Below the pieces are notes generated by a model that saw only the letters and a list, made by a program, of their open reading frames with translations, made no database searches and was not told the origin of the DNA. Below, one piece after another: positions 1 through 11,062 of a DNA stretch of 64,000 bases (position 1 is its first letter; every line of letters begins with the position of its first letter). The position numbers and the translations under genes are program-made. This stretch comes from Eubacteriales bacterium. Its GTDB lineage: Bacteria; Bacillota; Clostridia; Oscillospirales; CAG-272. The stretch spans positions 27,488 through 91,487 of the forward strand of contig JAZNER010000016.1 of assembly GCA_045588675.1 (NCBI GenBank), read 5' to 3'.

Positions 1-898
1 AGGATCCGATCACCACCTGGTCGGGAACGATATTGCCAAGCTCCTTTGCAAGTTTCGTGTTTTCGGGAAGATGAGGGCACGCGACCGTTGACTCGATCTC
101 AGACAAATCTATCGTATAGGTTTCATCATACTGGGCATCGGCATCAGCAGCGTAGATCTTATATTCTCTCGCAACTCTCTCTCCGACATATTGAAGCGTT
201 ATATCGTCAACCTCAAAAATACCGTTCTTCGCTCCCGCTTCGATTGCCATATTAGCCATACAAAGACGGTCGTCGATAGTAAGGCATTTAAGTCCCTCGC
301 CCGAGAACTCCATTGAACGATAAAGAGCACCGTCAACACCAATTTTGCCTATAATGTGAAGAATGACATCCTTGCCCGATACGTGCGGCTTTAAGCTTCC
401 CACAAGGTTAAACTTAATAGCCGAGGGCACCTTAAACCAAGCCTTGCCCGTTGCCATTCCCGCCGCCATATCCGTGCTTCCGACTCCCGTAGAAAACGCG
501 CCGAGCGCACCGTATGTACATGTGTGGGAGTCAGCTCCGATTACAAGCTCTCCGGGTGCTACAAGTCCCTTTTCGGGGAGAAGCGCGTGCTCAATTCCCA
601 TCTCTCCCACATCATAATAATTAGAAATATCAAAGGATTTTGCGAAAAGTCTGCACTGCTTGCATTGTCCCGCCGCCTTTATATCCTTATTAGGTGCAAA
701 GTGGTCCATTACAAGTGCTATCTTGTTCTTGTCAAAGACCTCGCTAAATCCGTTATTGTTAAACTCATTGATGGCAACGGGAGAGGTGATGTCGTTTCCA
801 AGCACCAAATCAAGCTTTGCCATAATTAACTGACCCGCCTTTACAGATTCAAGACCTGCATGCGCCGCCAATATTTTTTGTGTCATCGTCATAGCCAT
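1..898 (-). CDS. leuC: 3-isopropylmalate dehydratase large subunit (runs off the left edge of the window)
   Basis: Not in the ORF track. The reverse complement from ATG at 898 reads [15 protein letters not shown]... and contains the aconitase-family motif [20 protein letters not shown]; it lies directly downstream of leuA. Confidence 0.93.
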   Translation of the reverse strand, partial: MAMTMTQKILAAHAGLESVKAGQLIMAKLDLVLGNDITSPVAINEFNNNGFSEVFDKNKIALVMDHFAPNKDIKAAGQCKQCRLFAKSFDISNYYDVGEMGIEHALLPEKGLVAPGELVIGADSHTCTYGALGAFSTGVGSTDMAAGMATGKAWFKVPSAIKFNLVGSLKPHVSGKDVILHIIGKIGVDGALYRSMEFSGEGLKCLTIDDRLCMANMAIEAGAKNGIFEVDDITLQYVGERVAREYKIYAADADAQYDETYTIDLSEIESTVACPHLPENTKLAKELGNIVPDQVVIGS

Positions 899-916
899 AA
901 TTTTTTCCTCACTAAA

Positions 917-2575
917 TTAGCCAATCATCTTATTAATTGCCGAAACAAGAGCCAAAATAGACGCGGCGATAATATCGTCGTGAACTCCTGCTCCCCAGCT
1001 CATCTTGCCGCTGTCGTCAACAATACTTACATAAGTCACAGCGCGCGAGGTTGAGCCCTGCTCAAGCGCGTGCTCGGTATAGGTAAGTCCCGAATAAGAT
1101 ATACCGAGATTTCGCTTGATGGCATTACTTACCGCGTCGAGTCGTCCGTTTCCGTCAGCTGAAATATCGCGCGCCTCGCCCATATATTCAACAGTTAAAA
1201 TCGCTTTGATCTGGTCTCCCTTGCGCACAAAATGATAGTCGTGCAGAGTAAGCGGTGCGCCTATGTTAACATATTCCTTATTGAAAATGTCAAGAACCTC
1301 ATCCGGTGTTAATTCCTTGTGCGCGTGATCCGAATATCCCTTTACGGTATATCCAACATGCTCGCGCATCTTAGGCGGCAAAACATAGCCGAAATTATGC
1401 TCAAGAAGATAGCCTATTCCACCCTTGCCCGATTGAGAATTGATACGGATAACATCGGTTTCATATTCTCTGCCGACATCCTTCGGGTCGATCGGCAAAT
1501 AAGGAACTGTCCAATAACGGCAGTCGTGCTCCTCTCTCCACTTCATTCCCTTTGCAATCGCATCCTGATGAGAGCCTGAAAAAGCTGCAAAAACAAGATG
1601 TCCCGAATACGGAGAACGGTCGCCGACCGTCATTCTTGTAACTCTTTCATAAAGCTCGCAAATTTCAGGCATATTTGAAAAATCAAGACCCGGCTCAACT
1701 CCCTGCGCAAACATATTCATAGCAACAGTGACAATGTCGGTGTTCCCCGTTCTCTCTCCGTTGCCGAACAGCGTTCCCTCTACTCTGTCGCCGCCTGCAA
1801 GAAGGCCCATTTCAGTGTCAGCTACCGCACAGCCTCGGTCGTTATGGGGGTGCAAGGAAATAAGCACATTTTCGCGATATTTTAAATTCTCGCTCATATA
1901 TTCAACCTGATTTGCGTAAACGTGAGGCATTGAAACCTCAACCGTTACGGGCAGATTGATAATTACCTTTTTGTCTTCGGTGGGCTTCCATACATCAAGC
2001 ACCGCGTTGCAGATCTCAAGCGCAAACTCGGGCTCTGTGCCTGTAAAGGATTCGGGAGAATACTCATATCTGTAATTAACTCCCATTTCTCGACTGTATT
2101 TTTCAAACAGCTTTGCTCCCTTTACCGCAATATCAATAATCTCTTGCTTATCCTTCTTGAAAACCTGCTCGCGCTGAGCTACAGAGGTTGAGTTATAAAG
2201 ATGCACTATAGCATTTTTAACACCCTTAAGGCTTTCAAATGTCTTTTTGATTATGTGCTCACGCGATTGTGTTAAAACCTGAACCGTGACATCGTCGGGA
2301 ATAAGCTTTTGGTCGATAAGCGTCCGCAAAAACTGATATTCCGTTTCGCTTGCGGCAGGAAATCCAACTTCAATTTCCTTAAACCCGATTTTTACGAGAA
2401 GCTTGAAAAATTCAAGCTTTTCTTCGAGGCTCATAGGTACGATCAGTGATTGATTTCCATCTCGTAAGTCAACCGAGCACCACACAGGTGGCTTTTCTAT
2501 GTAATTTTTGGCAGTCCATTTGGGACTTTCAATTGGGGCAGGAAAAAACTGTCTTGTGTATTTTGTAGCGTTCAT
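917..2575 (-). CDS. leuA: 2-isopropylmalate synthase
   Basis: WCSVDLRDGNQ, HPHNDRG and GNGERTGN motifs; ilv-leu operon context. Confidence 0.96.
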   Translation of the reverse strand: MNATKYTRQFFPAPIESPKWTAKNYIEKPPVWCSVDLRDGNQSLIVPMSLEEKLEFFKLLVKIGFKEIEVGFPAASETEYQFLRTLIDQKLIPDDVTVQVLTQSREHIIKKTFESLKGVKNAIVHLYNSTSVAQREQVFKKDKQEIIDIAVKGAKLFEKYSREMGVNYRYEYSPESFTGTEPEFALEICNAVLDVWKPTEDKKVIINLPVTVEVSMPHVYANQVEYMSENLKYRENVLISLHPHNDRGCAVADTEMGLLAGGDRVEGTLFGNGERTGNTDIVTVAMNMFAQGVEPGLDFSNMPEICELYERVTRMTVGDRSPYSGHLVFAAFSGSHQDAIAKGMKWREEHDCRYWTVPYLPIDPKDVGREYETDVIRINSQSGKGGIGYLLEHNFGYVLPPKMREHVGYTVKGYSDHAHKELTPDEVLDIFNKEYVNIGAPLTLHDYHFVRKGDQIKAILTVEYMGEARDISADGNGRLDAVSNAIKRNLGISYSGLTYTEHALEQGSTSRAVTYVSIVDDSGKMSWGAGVHDDIIAASILALVSAINKMIG

Positions 2576-2629
2576 TTATAATAATTCCTCTCTGTTGGAA
2601 TTTTCGTAGGGCAAACTAAAATTTAAATA

Positions 2630-4294
2630 TTACTTCATTACCGCGCCTGTATCTGCTCCGCTTACAAGGCGAGCGTAACGGGCAAGCCAGCCCGATTTGA
2701 TATTGGGCTCGGGTGCTATATATTTAGCACGGCGTTCTGCCAGCACTTCATCACTGACCTCAACGTTGATTGAAGCGGCGGGAATATCAATGTGTATAAT
2801 ATCACCCTCGCAAATAAGCGCTATATTTCCGCCGTCTGCGGCTTCCGGAGAAACGTGTCCTATCGATGCACCGCGTGACGCGCCTGAAAACCGTCCGTCA
2901 GTAATCAGCGCAACTGTTTTGTCAAGCTTCATACCCGCAAGTGCGCTTGTCGGGTTGAGCATTTCTCTCATTCCGGGACCACCCTTTGGTCCTTCATAGC
3001 GAATAACTACAACATCACCGCTGACGATCTTACCGCCGTAAATTGCTTCAATAGCCTCGTCCTCTGAGTTGAATACTCTTGCAGGACCCGAGTGCTTGAG
3101 CATTTCGGGAGCAACCGCGCTTCTCTTTACGACACAACCCTTCTCTGCAATATTACCCCAAAGGATTTGAATACCGCCTGTTTCGCTGTATGGATCTTCA
3201 ATCGGGCGAATTGCCTTTGTGCTCAATATGCGCGCGCCCTCAATATTTTCACCGAGAGTTTTGCCTGTAACAGTCTTGACGCTTGTATCAAGAAGTCCTC
3301 TCTTTGCAAGCTCTGCCTGTACCGCTCTGATGCCTCCTGCGGCATCAAGGTCCTGCATATGTGTGCTTCCTGCGGGGGCCAGGTGGCAAAGATTTGGCAC
3401 CCTTGCGCTCATTTCATTGAAGAGATTGAGATCAAGAGGAACACCCGCCTCGTTAGCAATAGCAAGCAGGTGAAGAACACTGTTAGAGCTGCATCCAAGT
3501 GCCATATCGCAAGCGAGAGCGTTTTTGATTGACTTTTCGTTAATAATATCTCTTGCGCAAACATTGTTGCGAACAAGCTCCATAATAGCCATGCCCGCAT
3601 GCTTGGCAAGCATAATTCTTTTGTTTGAAACGGCAGGGATAGTTCCGTTTCCGGGAAGTGCAATTCCCATTGATTCGCAAAGACAGTTCATTGAGTTTGC
3701 CGTATACATTCCCGCACAGGAGCCACAGCCGGGACAAGCGCCAGTTTCACACTCGGTAAGCTTACATTCGTCAATAATACCTGCCTTATATGCTCCAACA
3801 GCTTCAAAAAGCTTGGAAAGACTTACCTCCTCGCCGTCATACGAGCCTGCAAGCATAGGTCCTCCGGAGCAAACGACTGTCGGCACATTCATTCTTACCG
3901 CCGCCATTACCATTCCCGGAACAATTTTATCGCAGTTAGGAACGAGAACAAGACCGTCAAGCTGATGCGCCATTGTCATTGTTTCAACGCTGTCCGCGAT
4001 AAGCTCACGGGATGCGAGCGAATATTTCATTCCAATGTGTCCCATTGCTATTCCGTCACATACACCGATTGACGGAACAAGCACAGGTGTACCTCCCGCC
4101 ATTCTGATACCCGCCTTTACCGCATCGGCAATTTTATCAAGATGCGCGTGACCGGGCACGATCTCACTGTGCGCGCTGACTACGCCAATCAAGGGGCGAT
4201 CAAGCTCCTCCTTTGTGTAGCCCATAGCATAAAAAAGACTTCTGTTCGGCGCTCTGTGTGCGCCCTTTGTTACGTTATCTGAACGAAGTGCCAT
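2630..4294 (-). CDS. ilvD: Dihydroxy-acid dehydratase
   Basis: [25 protein letters not shown] and TDGRFSG motifs. Confidence 0.97.
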   Translation of the reverse strand: MALRSDNVTKGAHRAPNRSLFYAMGYTKEELDRPLIGVVSAHSEIVPGHAHLDKIADAVKAGIRMAGGTPVLVPSIGVCDGIAMGHIGMKYSLASRELIADSVETMTMAHQLDGLVLVPNCDKIVPGMVMAAVRMNVPTVVCSGGPMLAGSYDGEEVSLSKLFEAVGAYKAGIIDECKLTECETGACPGCGSCAGMYTANSMNCLCESMGIALPGNGTIPAVSNKRIMLAKHAGMAIMELVRNNVCARDIINEKSIKNALACDMALGCSSNSVLHLLAIANEAGVPLDLNLFNEMSARVPNLCHLAPAGSTHMQDLDAAGGIRAVQAELAKRGLLDTSVKTVTGKTLGENIEGARILSTKAIRPIEDPYSETGGIQILWGNIAEKGCVVKRSAVAPEMLKHSGPARVFNSEDEAIEAIYGGKIVSGDVVVIRYEGPKGGPGMREMLNPTSALAGMKLDKTVALITDGRFSGASRGASIGHVSPEAADGGNIALICEGDIIHIDIPAASINVEVSDEVLAERRAKYIAPEPNIKSGWLARYARLVSGADTGAVMK

Positions 4295-4381
4295 AATTAT
4301 ATTACCTCTTTCTTAGAAAACTTTTTTAAAAGCTTCCTGAAATCTTAAAAAACTTTTATCAGAATAGATTTTATGAGAAAT

Positions 4382-5017
4382 TTAAATCTTAATCTTTTTT
4401 CCTACCGCCGCAACAATTCTTACAATTGCGGGCGAAAGAACAAGATTTACAATAAATTCACCGACAAAATTAAGTCCCGCAAGACCCAAAATCACAAGAG
4501 CGAAGGCATTATCATACATACCAAACGCTTCCGGAAACATATCGGGTAATCCCTGCATTGTTTCAAAGAAAAACAAAAGCATTCCCAAAACAAATATTCC
4601 CGTATTAATCACAGGCGCGCTGACTGACGCGATAATTGTTGAAAGCATTGTTTTCTTTCCGCCAAACGCTTTGTCAAGCACCTTGTATATAAGTCCTGAG
4701 CCGAAGCCTGCCATAGTTGCCTTCAAAATACAAATGATTACAAACCAAACGGGATTTGCGCTCCATAAAAGGAATGAAAAGGCATCAACGCCCATAATAC
4801 CCATAATCATCGTTATAAGACCAAAGGTAAAGCCAAGCAACGCTCCCTCTTTCGCACCCAAAAGGATTGCTCCGATTACAATAGGCACTAAAACGAAGGA
4901 CATTGGCAACGGACCGATTTTTATTGTTGAGCCCACAAGCTGAAGCACGACAACAAGTGCCAAAAGCAGTGCCAATTGAACTAATTTTAACGTCTTTAGT
5001 TTTGCTGAAGTTTTCAT
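4382..5017 (-). CDS. ECF transporter substrate-binding S component (PanT-like family)
   Basis: 211 aa, about 6 hydrophobic helices; N-terminal ALLLAL..LQ and IPIVIGAILLG-like (VPIVIGAILLGAKEGALLGFTFG) pattern typical of ECF S components. Confidence 0.75.
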   Translation of the reverse strand: MKTSAKLKTLKLVQLALLLALVVVLQLVGSTIKIGPLPMSFVLVPIVIGAILLGAKEGALLGFTFGLITMIMGIMGVDAFSFLLWSANPVWFVIICILKATMAGFGSGLIYKVLDKAFGGKKTMLSTIIASVSAPVINTGIFVLGMLLFFFETMQGLPDMFPEAFGMYDNAFALVILGLAGLNFVGEFIVNLVLSPAIVRIVAAVGKKIKI

Positions 5018-5134
5018 TTTCTCTCTTTTCCTGAAAATTTATTTTATCGCATTAGCGTAATTTTCAAATTTATTTTTGATGGTATTTGTAACGAAAGGAC
5101 GCCCCTCTCGTACCTTGATCATAAAACATTTTTT

Positions 5135-5162
5135 GGTTTGGGGAGCCAAAGCTCCCCAAACC
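5135..5162. other. Perfect 12-bp stem-loop downstream of ilvC without a U-tract in the sense direction (candidate mRNA-stabilising hairpin)
   Basis: GGTTTGGGGAGC-CAAA-GCTCCCCAAACC; on the minus strand it is followed by AAAAAA, not U. Confidence 0.6.
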
Positions 5163-5212
5163 GATTAAAATTATAGTTTTAAGATAAAAATCTAAAGTAT
5201 TAGTCGAAGGGC

Positions 5213-6289
<1,077 letters not shown>

Positions 6290-6784
6290 TTATATGTTAT
6301 ACTCTACCTGTCCACGCTCCATAGCAATTGCACCCGAGCGGCAAGACTCAACTATTTTGAATTTCTGGATATCCTCTATAAAGCCGTCAAGTCTTTGAGG
6401 AGTATCTGTCAGCTCGGCGACAATACAATCGCCCGTTTTATCAATAATTTTTGCTCCGTATATCGAAATAAGGCTTGCAAGCTTTTCGTTATCCTTTTCC
6501 TCGGGAGCAAATTTTACAAGCAAAATCTCGTGAATTAAGCTGAATGTCGGCTCAACCGAGAATATAAGCTTTGTTTCAACGAGCTTGTTTGTCTGCTTCA
6601 TAATCTGACTGTACGAGCGCTCGTCGCCGCTTGTCATAATTGTAATTCGTGAAATCTTTTCGTCCTGTGTCGGTGAAACTGTAAGCGAATCGATATTGAA
6701 CCCTCTCTGAACAAAAAGCGAGGATATACGGGCCAGAACACCCGCATTATTTTCAACTAAAAGAACCATACACTGTTTTTTCAT
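6290..6784 (-). CDS. ilvN: Acetolactate synthase small (regulatory) subunit
   Basis: ACT domain LVENNAGVLARISSLF..RGFNIDSL; lies between ilvB and ilvC. Confidence 0.93.
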   Translation of the reverse strand: MKKQCMVLLVENNAGVLARISSLFVQRGFNIDSLTVSPTQDEKISRITIMTSGDERSYSQIMKQTNKLVETKLIFSVEPTFSLIHEILLVKFAPEEKDNEKLASLISIYGAKIIDKTGDCIVAELTDTPQRLDGFIEDIQKFKIVESCRSGAIAMERGQVEYNI

Positions 6785-6801
6785 CTCTGCAAGTCCTCCA
6801 A

Positions 6802-8460
6802 TCAGTTAAAAATAGTATCGTTTACGGTTTTGCCCGACGGTATCATTGGGAAAACCTTTTCGTCACGGTCAACTATACATTCAATCCAAACGGGACCGTC
6901 TGAATTCAAAGCTTCCTTCATAGCCGCTTCAAATTCTGCGGGGGTTTCACAACGGAAGCCCTTTCCGCCAAAGCCCTCGGCAACTGCCTTGTAGTTCGTC
7001 ACTCTGTCAGGCTCGCTTGACGAGAACCTTCCGCCATAGAAGCTTTCCTGCCATTGATGAACCATTCCAAGCGCAGAATTATTGAAAATAACCGAAATTA
7101 CGGGAAGCTTATATGTCACGGCTGTGCAAAGCTCGTTCATATTCATATGGAAAGATCCGTCGCCTGTAAAATGAACGACCTTTTTATCAGGATTTGAAAT
7201 CTGAGCACCAATTGCCGCGCCGTAGCCGTATCCCATAGTTCCAAGTCCGCCGCTTGTCAGGAAGTTACGGGACTTGGTATGGTGCAGGTACTGCGCCGCC
7301 CACATCTGATGCTGACCTACATCTGTTACATAGATGGCGTCTTCTCCCGCAAGAGCACAAGCAGTTTCGATTATAAAGTGGGGCTTGATTTCAGTTTCGC
7401 TGTCACAAGGCTTATAATCCTCTGCTTTCCAATGCTCAATATGCTCATGCCAAGCATCGTGCCGTGCAGGTCTGATATGTTTATCCATCTCTGTAAGAAC
7501 CGCCTTGACATCACCCACAATACTGTAATCAGCAATGACATTCTTGCTGATTTCGCTCGGGTCAATGTCAATATGAACAATTCTCGCGTGAGGAGCAAAC
7601 TTTTCACTGTTAAGGGCAACTCTGTCCGAAAAGCGAGTTCCTATTGCTATAAGCACGTCAGCTCTGCTTGCCGCACAGTTTGCGCTGTAATTTCCGTGCA
7701 TTCCCATAAGACCAAGGTTATTTTTCTCGCCAAATCCAAGCACCCCTGCCGCCATAAGCGTATGTGCCGCAGGAATATCTGCCTTTTCAATCAAAGCGCG
7801 AAGTTCTTCGCCCGCCTCTGAAATCTTAACTCCTCCGCCAAAGTAGATAAACGGTCTTTCGCTTCGGTTGATAAGCTCGGCTACCTCTTTTACATTACCC
7901 TTGATTTTAGTTGTCCTTACAACCTTAACCGCTTCACGAGGCTCATAATTTGTCTTTGCAGCAGTTACATCCTTTGGAATGTCAATAAGAACGGGACCGG
8001 GACGTCCGCTGCCCGCGATTTCAAACGCGCGGCGAACTGTGTCAGCCAGCTCTTCAACTCTGCGAACAACAAAATTGTGCTTTGTAATAGGCATCGTAAT
8101 GCCCGTAATATAAACCTCCTGAAAGCTATCGCAGCCAATCAAGGGGCTGGGTACGTTTCCTGTAATCGCAACCATAGGAACGCTGTCCATATAAGCAGTC
8201 GCAATTCCCGTTACCAGATTTGTAGCACCGGGACCGCTGGTCGCAATAACCACGCCCGTCTTGCCTGTTGCTCTCGCGTAGCCGTCAGCGGCGTGCGAAG
8301 CTCCCTGCTCGTGCGCTGTCATATAATGTGTGATTTTATCGCTGTATTTATATAACGCGTCATAAATGTTCAACACCGAGCCTCCCGGATAACCAAAGAC
8401 GGTATCAACTCCCTGCTCAAGTAAAACATTAACTAAAATTTCAGAACCGTTTAAAACCAT
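6802..8460 (-). CDS. ilvB: Acetolactate synthase large subunit
   Basis: FGYPGG, HEQGA, TSGPGATN, DVGQHQMWAAQ, SGGLGTMG and TPP-binding GDGS motifs. Confidence 0.97.
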   Translation of the reverse strand: MVLNGSEILVNVLLEQGVDTVFGYPGGSVLNIYDALYKYSDKITHYMTAHEQGASHAADGYARATGKTGVVIATSGPGATNLVTGIATAYMDSVPMVAITGNVPSPLIGCDSFQEVYITGITMPITKHNFVVRRVEELADTVRRAFEIAGSGRPGPVLIDIPKDVTAAKTNYEPREAVKVVRTTKIKGNVKEVAELINRSERPFIYFGGGVKISEAGEELRALIEKADIPAAHTLMAAGVLGFGEKNNLGLMGMHGNYSANCAASRADVLIAIGTRFSDRVALNSEKFAPHARIVHIDIDPSEISKNVIADYSIVGDVKAVLTEMDKHIRPARHDAWHEHIEHWKAEDYKPCDSETEIKPHFIIETACALAGEDAIYVTDVGQHQMWAAQYLHHTKSRNFLTSGGLGTMGYGYGAAIGAQISNPDKKVVHFTGDGSFHMNMNELCTAVTYKLPVISVIFNNSALGMVHQWQESFYGGRFSSSEPDRVTNYKAVAEGFGGKGFRCETPAEFEAAMKEALNSDGPVWIECIVDRDEKVFPMIPSGKTVNDTIFN

Positions 8461-8517
8461 TTTTACCTCCTTTTTCGGTCTTTTTATAGTATGATTAGTG
8501 CAAAATTTTTATAAAAA

Positions 8518-8790
8518 GCAAGAAAACCCTTGCCTCTTCTAAAAAAGAGACAAAGGTTCATAAAAAACTCTCTGCGGTACCACTCTTATTGTCGATATCG
8601 ACCACTCTGCTTTTACCTATCAGTAAAACTGTCCGTGATAACGGGGACTCTGCCGTTTGCTCCTACACAACCGTCCGGCCTTCGGGCAACTGCTCCGGAA
8701 TGAGCTTCATCTGCATACTGCACCGATTCGCATCACCCATCGGCTTTCTGGAGCATTTGCAAGATTACTGATTTCCTTCTTCGCATTTAA
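8518..8790 (-). ncRNA. T-box riboswitch, Leu (CUC) specifier, leader of the ilv-leu operon
   Basis: Minus strand: stem I GCGAAGAAGGAAATCAGTA...AGAAAG...GATGCGAA...GAAG-CTC-A-TTCC (CTC at 8702-8704); T-box AATAAGAGTGGTACCGC at 8574-8590; terminator AACCTTTGTCTCTT..AAGAGGCAAGGGTTTT. Confidence 0.92.
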
Positions 8791-8805
8791 AGAAATATTG
8801 TGCTT

Positions 8806-8834
8806 ATTATAACACAAAGTAAACCCTTTGTCAA
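8806..8834 (-). promoter_or_regulatory. Sigma-A promoter of the ilv-leu leader
   Basis: Minus strand TTGACA-17 nt-TATAAT with extended TG, immediately upstream of T-box stem I. Confidence 0.88.
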
Positions 8835-8931
8835 GAAAAAAACTAAAACTTTTTTCTTTTTTAATGAAATATGTGTTTTTTTACATATTTTTTGCAATTT
8901 TTATAAATCAATCCTGCAAAATTACCAAAGC

Positions 8932-9303
8932 TTAAAGCTCGGCAATTACCTCAACCTCAACCAAAACATTTTTGGGAAGCTGCTTTGCCGCTACGCAGGA
9001 GCGCGCGGGCTTGCCTGTGAAATACTTGCCGTAAACCTCATTAAAAGCTGCAAAATCTGCCATATCAGAGAGGAAGCAAGTGGTCTTGACCGCCCTTTCT
9101 ATGCTTGTTCCCGCTTCTGTGAGCACGGCGCAAAGATTCTTACAAACCTGCTCGGTCTGTCCCTCTATCGTATTCGCCTCAACCGCGCCGCTTTCGGGAT
9201 TGATAGCAATTTGTCCTGATGTGAAAACAAGATTACCTACCTTGACCGCCTGTGAATACGGGCCGATTGCGTCGGGCGCATTTTTTGTATAAACTTTTTC
9301 CAT
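8932..9303 (-). CDS. ridA: RidA (YjgF/UK114) enamine/imine deaminase
   Basis: APDAIGPYSQA, SGQI, PARSCV and VEVEVIA motifs; directly downstream of ilvA. Confidence 0.93.
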   Translation of the reverse strand: MEKVYTKNAPDAIGPYSQAVKVGNLVFTSGQIAINPESGAVEANTIEGQTEQVCKNLCAVLTEAGTSIERAVKTTCFLSDMADFAAFNEVYGKYFTGKPARSCVAAKQLPKNVLVEVEVIAEL

Positions 9304-9345
9304 TTGTATCTCCGTTCTGCCGTTTGGCGAGTGTATTCTTTTTTA

Positions 9346-10539
9346 TCAAACCAACTTAAATCCCGCGTGTGTCAGGGCTTGTGTAATATCCTTAATGTGT
9401 TCTTGATTTCTCGTTTCAAGGACGATTCTCAAATAGCAACCGTTAATATCCATAGTTTCACTTGCTCTTTCGTGATGCACCGAGGTAACATTTCCGCCGT
9501 GCGACGCGATAATCGTTGAAACCTCCTGAAGCTGACCGGGCTTATCCATAAGCTCGATACACAAGGTGCAGTTTCTTCCCGTCATCAAAAGACCTCTCTT
9601 GATTACACGCGAAAGAATTGTAACATCTATATTACCGCCAGAAACAACAGCAACGACCTTCTTATTTTTAATAGGAAGCTTATTGAACATAACTGCCGCC
9701 ACAGATACAGCTCCCGCGCCCTCGGCAATCAGCTTGTGCTGTTCGATAAGAGCCAAAATTGCCGATGATATCTCTCCCTCGCTGACGGTCACGATTTCGT
9801 CAACATACTTGGAGCACAAATCAAATGTATTCTCACCGGGCTCCTTGACCGCAATTCCGTCCGCGATAGTTGACACGCTCGCAAGTCTTTCTCTTTTGCC
9901 GTTTTTTATAGCGTTGAACATACTCGGAGCGCCTGCTGCCTGCACGCCGTAAACCTTGATATTCGGCTTCAACTGCTTTAGCGCATAGGCAACACCCGAA
10001 ATAAGACCGCCGCCACCGACAGGAACTACCACGGCGTCAACATCCTCAAGCTCCTCGATAATTTCAAGAGCAATCGTTCCCTGACCCGCAATAACATTGT
10101 CGTCATCAAACGGGTGAACAAAGGTGTATCCCTTCTCATCTCTCAATTCAAGCGCGCGGTTGTACGCGTCGTCATAAACGCCTTTAACCATAACGACCTC
10201 TGCGCCATAGCTCTTGGTTGCCTCTACCTTTGAGATAGGCGCGCCGTCGGGGAGGCAGATAACCGCTTTAATTCCGTATTTCTGCGCCGCAAGAGCAACT
10301 CCCTGCGCGTGATTTCCCGCAGAACACGCGATAACGCCCTTCGCCTTTTCATCATCGCTCAATTGAGAAATCATATATCCCGCTCCTCTGACCTTAAATG
10401 AGCCTGTCACTTGCAGGTTTTCAGGCTTTAAGTAAAGAGAACATTCTGGGTTGATTTTCGGCGAACGGATAAGCGCTGTTTTTCTCACCACATTGCGAAG
10501 CGCATACGCCGCGTGGTAAACTTTGTCAAGTGTAAGCAT
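9346..10539 (-). CDS. ilvA: Threonine ammonia-lyase with C-terminal ACT domain
   Basis: KPENLQVTGSFKVRG (PLP lysine), SAGNHAQG, VGGGGL, SGGNID, C-terminal DKPGQL ACT domain; Ile T-box leader. Confidence 0.95.
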   Translation of the reverse strand: MLTLDKVYHAAYALRNVVRKTALIRSPKINPECSLYLKPENLQVTGSFKVRGAGYMISQLSDDEKAKGVIACSAGNHAQGVALAAQKYGIKAVICLPDGAPISKVEATKSYGAEVVMVKGVYDDAYNRALELRDEKGYTFVHPFDDDNVIAGQGTIALEIIEELEDVDAVVVPVGGGGLISGVAYALKQLKPNIKVYGVQAAGAPSMFNAIKNGKRERLASVSTIADGIAVKEPGENTFDLCSKYVDEIVTVSEGEISSAILALIEQHKLIAEGAGAVSVAAVMFNKLPIKNKKVVAVVSGGNIDVTILSRVIKRGLLMTGRNCTLCIELMDKPGQLQEVSTIIASHGGNVTSVHHERASETMDINGCYLRIVLETRNQEHIKDITQALTHAGFKLV

Positions 10540-10579
10540 TGTTTAAATTGTCCTTTCTTGTTTGTTTTCGGGCAAAAAA

Positions 10580-10873
10580 CAAAAAATGCCCATCTCTCAA
10601 AGAGACGAAGGCATTTAAATAAACTCGCTCTGTTGAGGCAAGTAGTTATCATTATTGCTTCCGCGGTACCACTCTTTTTGTCAATACTGACCTCTCTGTC
10701 CGTACAGTCATACGGCTTCCTTTAACGCAGGATTACGCGCCAATCTACTTATACCTAAATCGGCACTTTGGGTGGCGAGCTCCGGGGTGATTTAACAATA
10801 AAAACAGCTTTGCCGTTTTCCACCGCACACGGCTCTCTGTAAAAGCGTCAGTATGTCGCTCCCCTTCTATGCT
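10580..10873 (-). ncRNA. T-box riboswitch, Ile (AUC) specifier, leader of ilvA-ridA
   Basis: Minus strand: GCATAGAAGGGG...AGAGAGC..GGTGGAA...TAA-ATC-A-CCCC (ATC at 10789-10791); T-box AAAAGAGTGGTACCGCGG at about 10661-10678; terminator AATGCCTTCGTCTCTTTGAGAGATGGGCATTTTTT. Confidence 0.9.
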
Positions 10874-10881
10874 ATAATATT

Positions 10882-10910
10882 ATAATACTCTTTTTTCAAG
10901 TTAAAGTCAA
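10882..10910 (-). promoter_or_regulatory. Sigma-A promoter of the ilvA leader
   Basis: Minus strand TTGACT-17 nt-TATTAT just upstream of T-box stem I. Confidence 0.7.
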
Positions 10911-11002
10911 TATCAAATTTGTAGAATTGATTTAAAATATGAAAGCATTTTTTGTCTATTTTGATAAACCTCGACAAAAACGCCAATATCAAGCGACATA
11001 AA

Positions 11003-11050
11003 TAAAAAAACAACCGATATTCTCACTCCGAAAAGGCTAATATCGGTTGT
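11003..11050 (-). terminator. Intrinsic terminator after the DUF1846-like gene
   Basis: ACAACCGATATT...AATATCGGTTGT stem, followed by a U-run on the minus strand. Confidence 0.75.
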
Positions 11051-11062
11051 ATTGATTAATAA

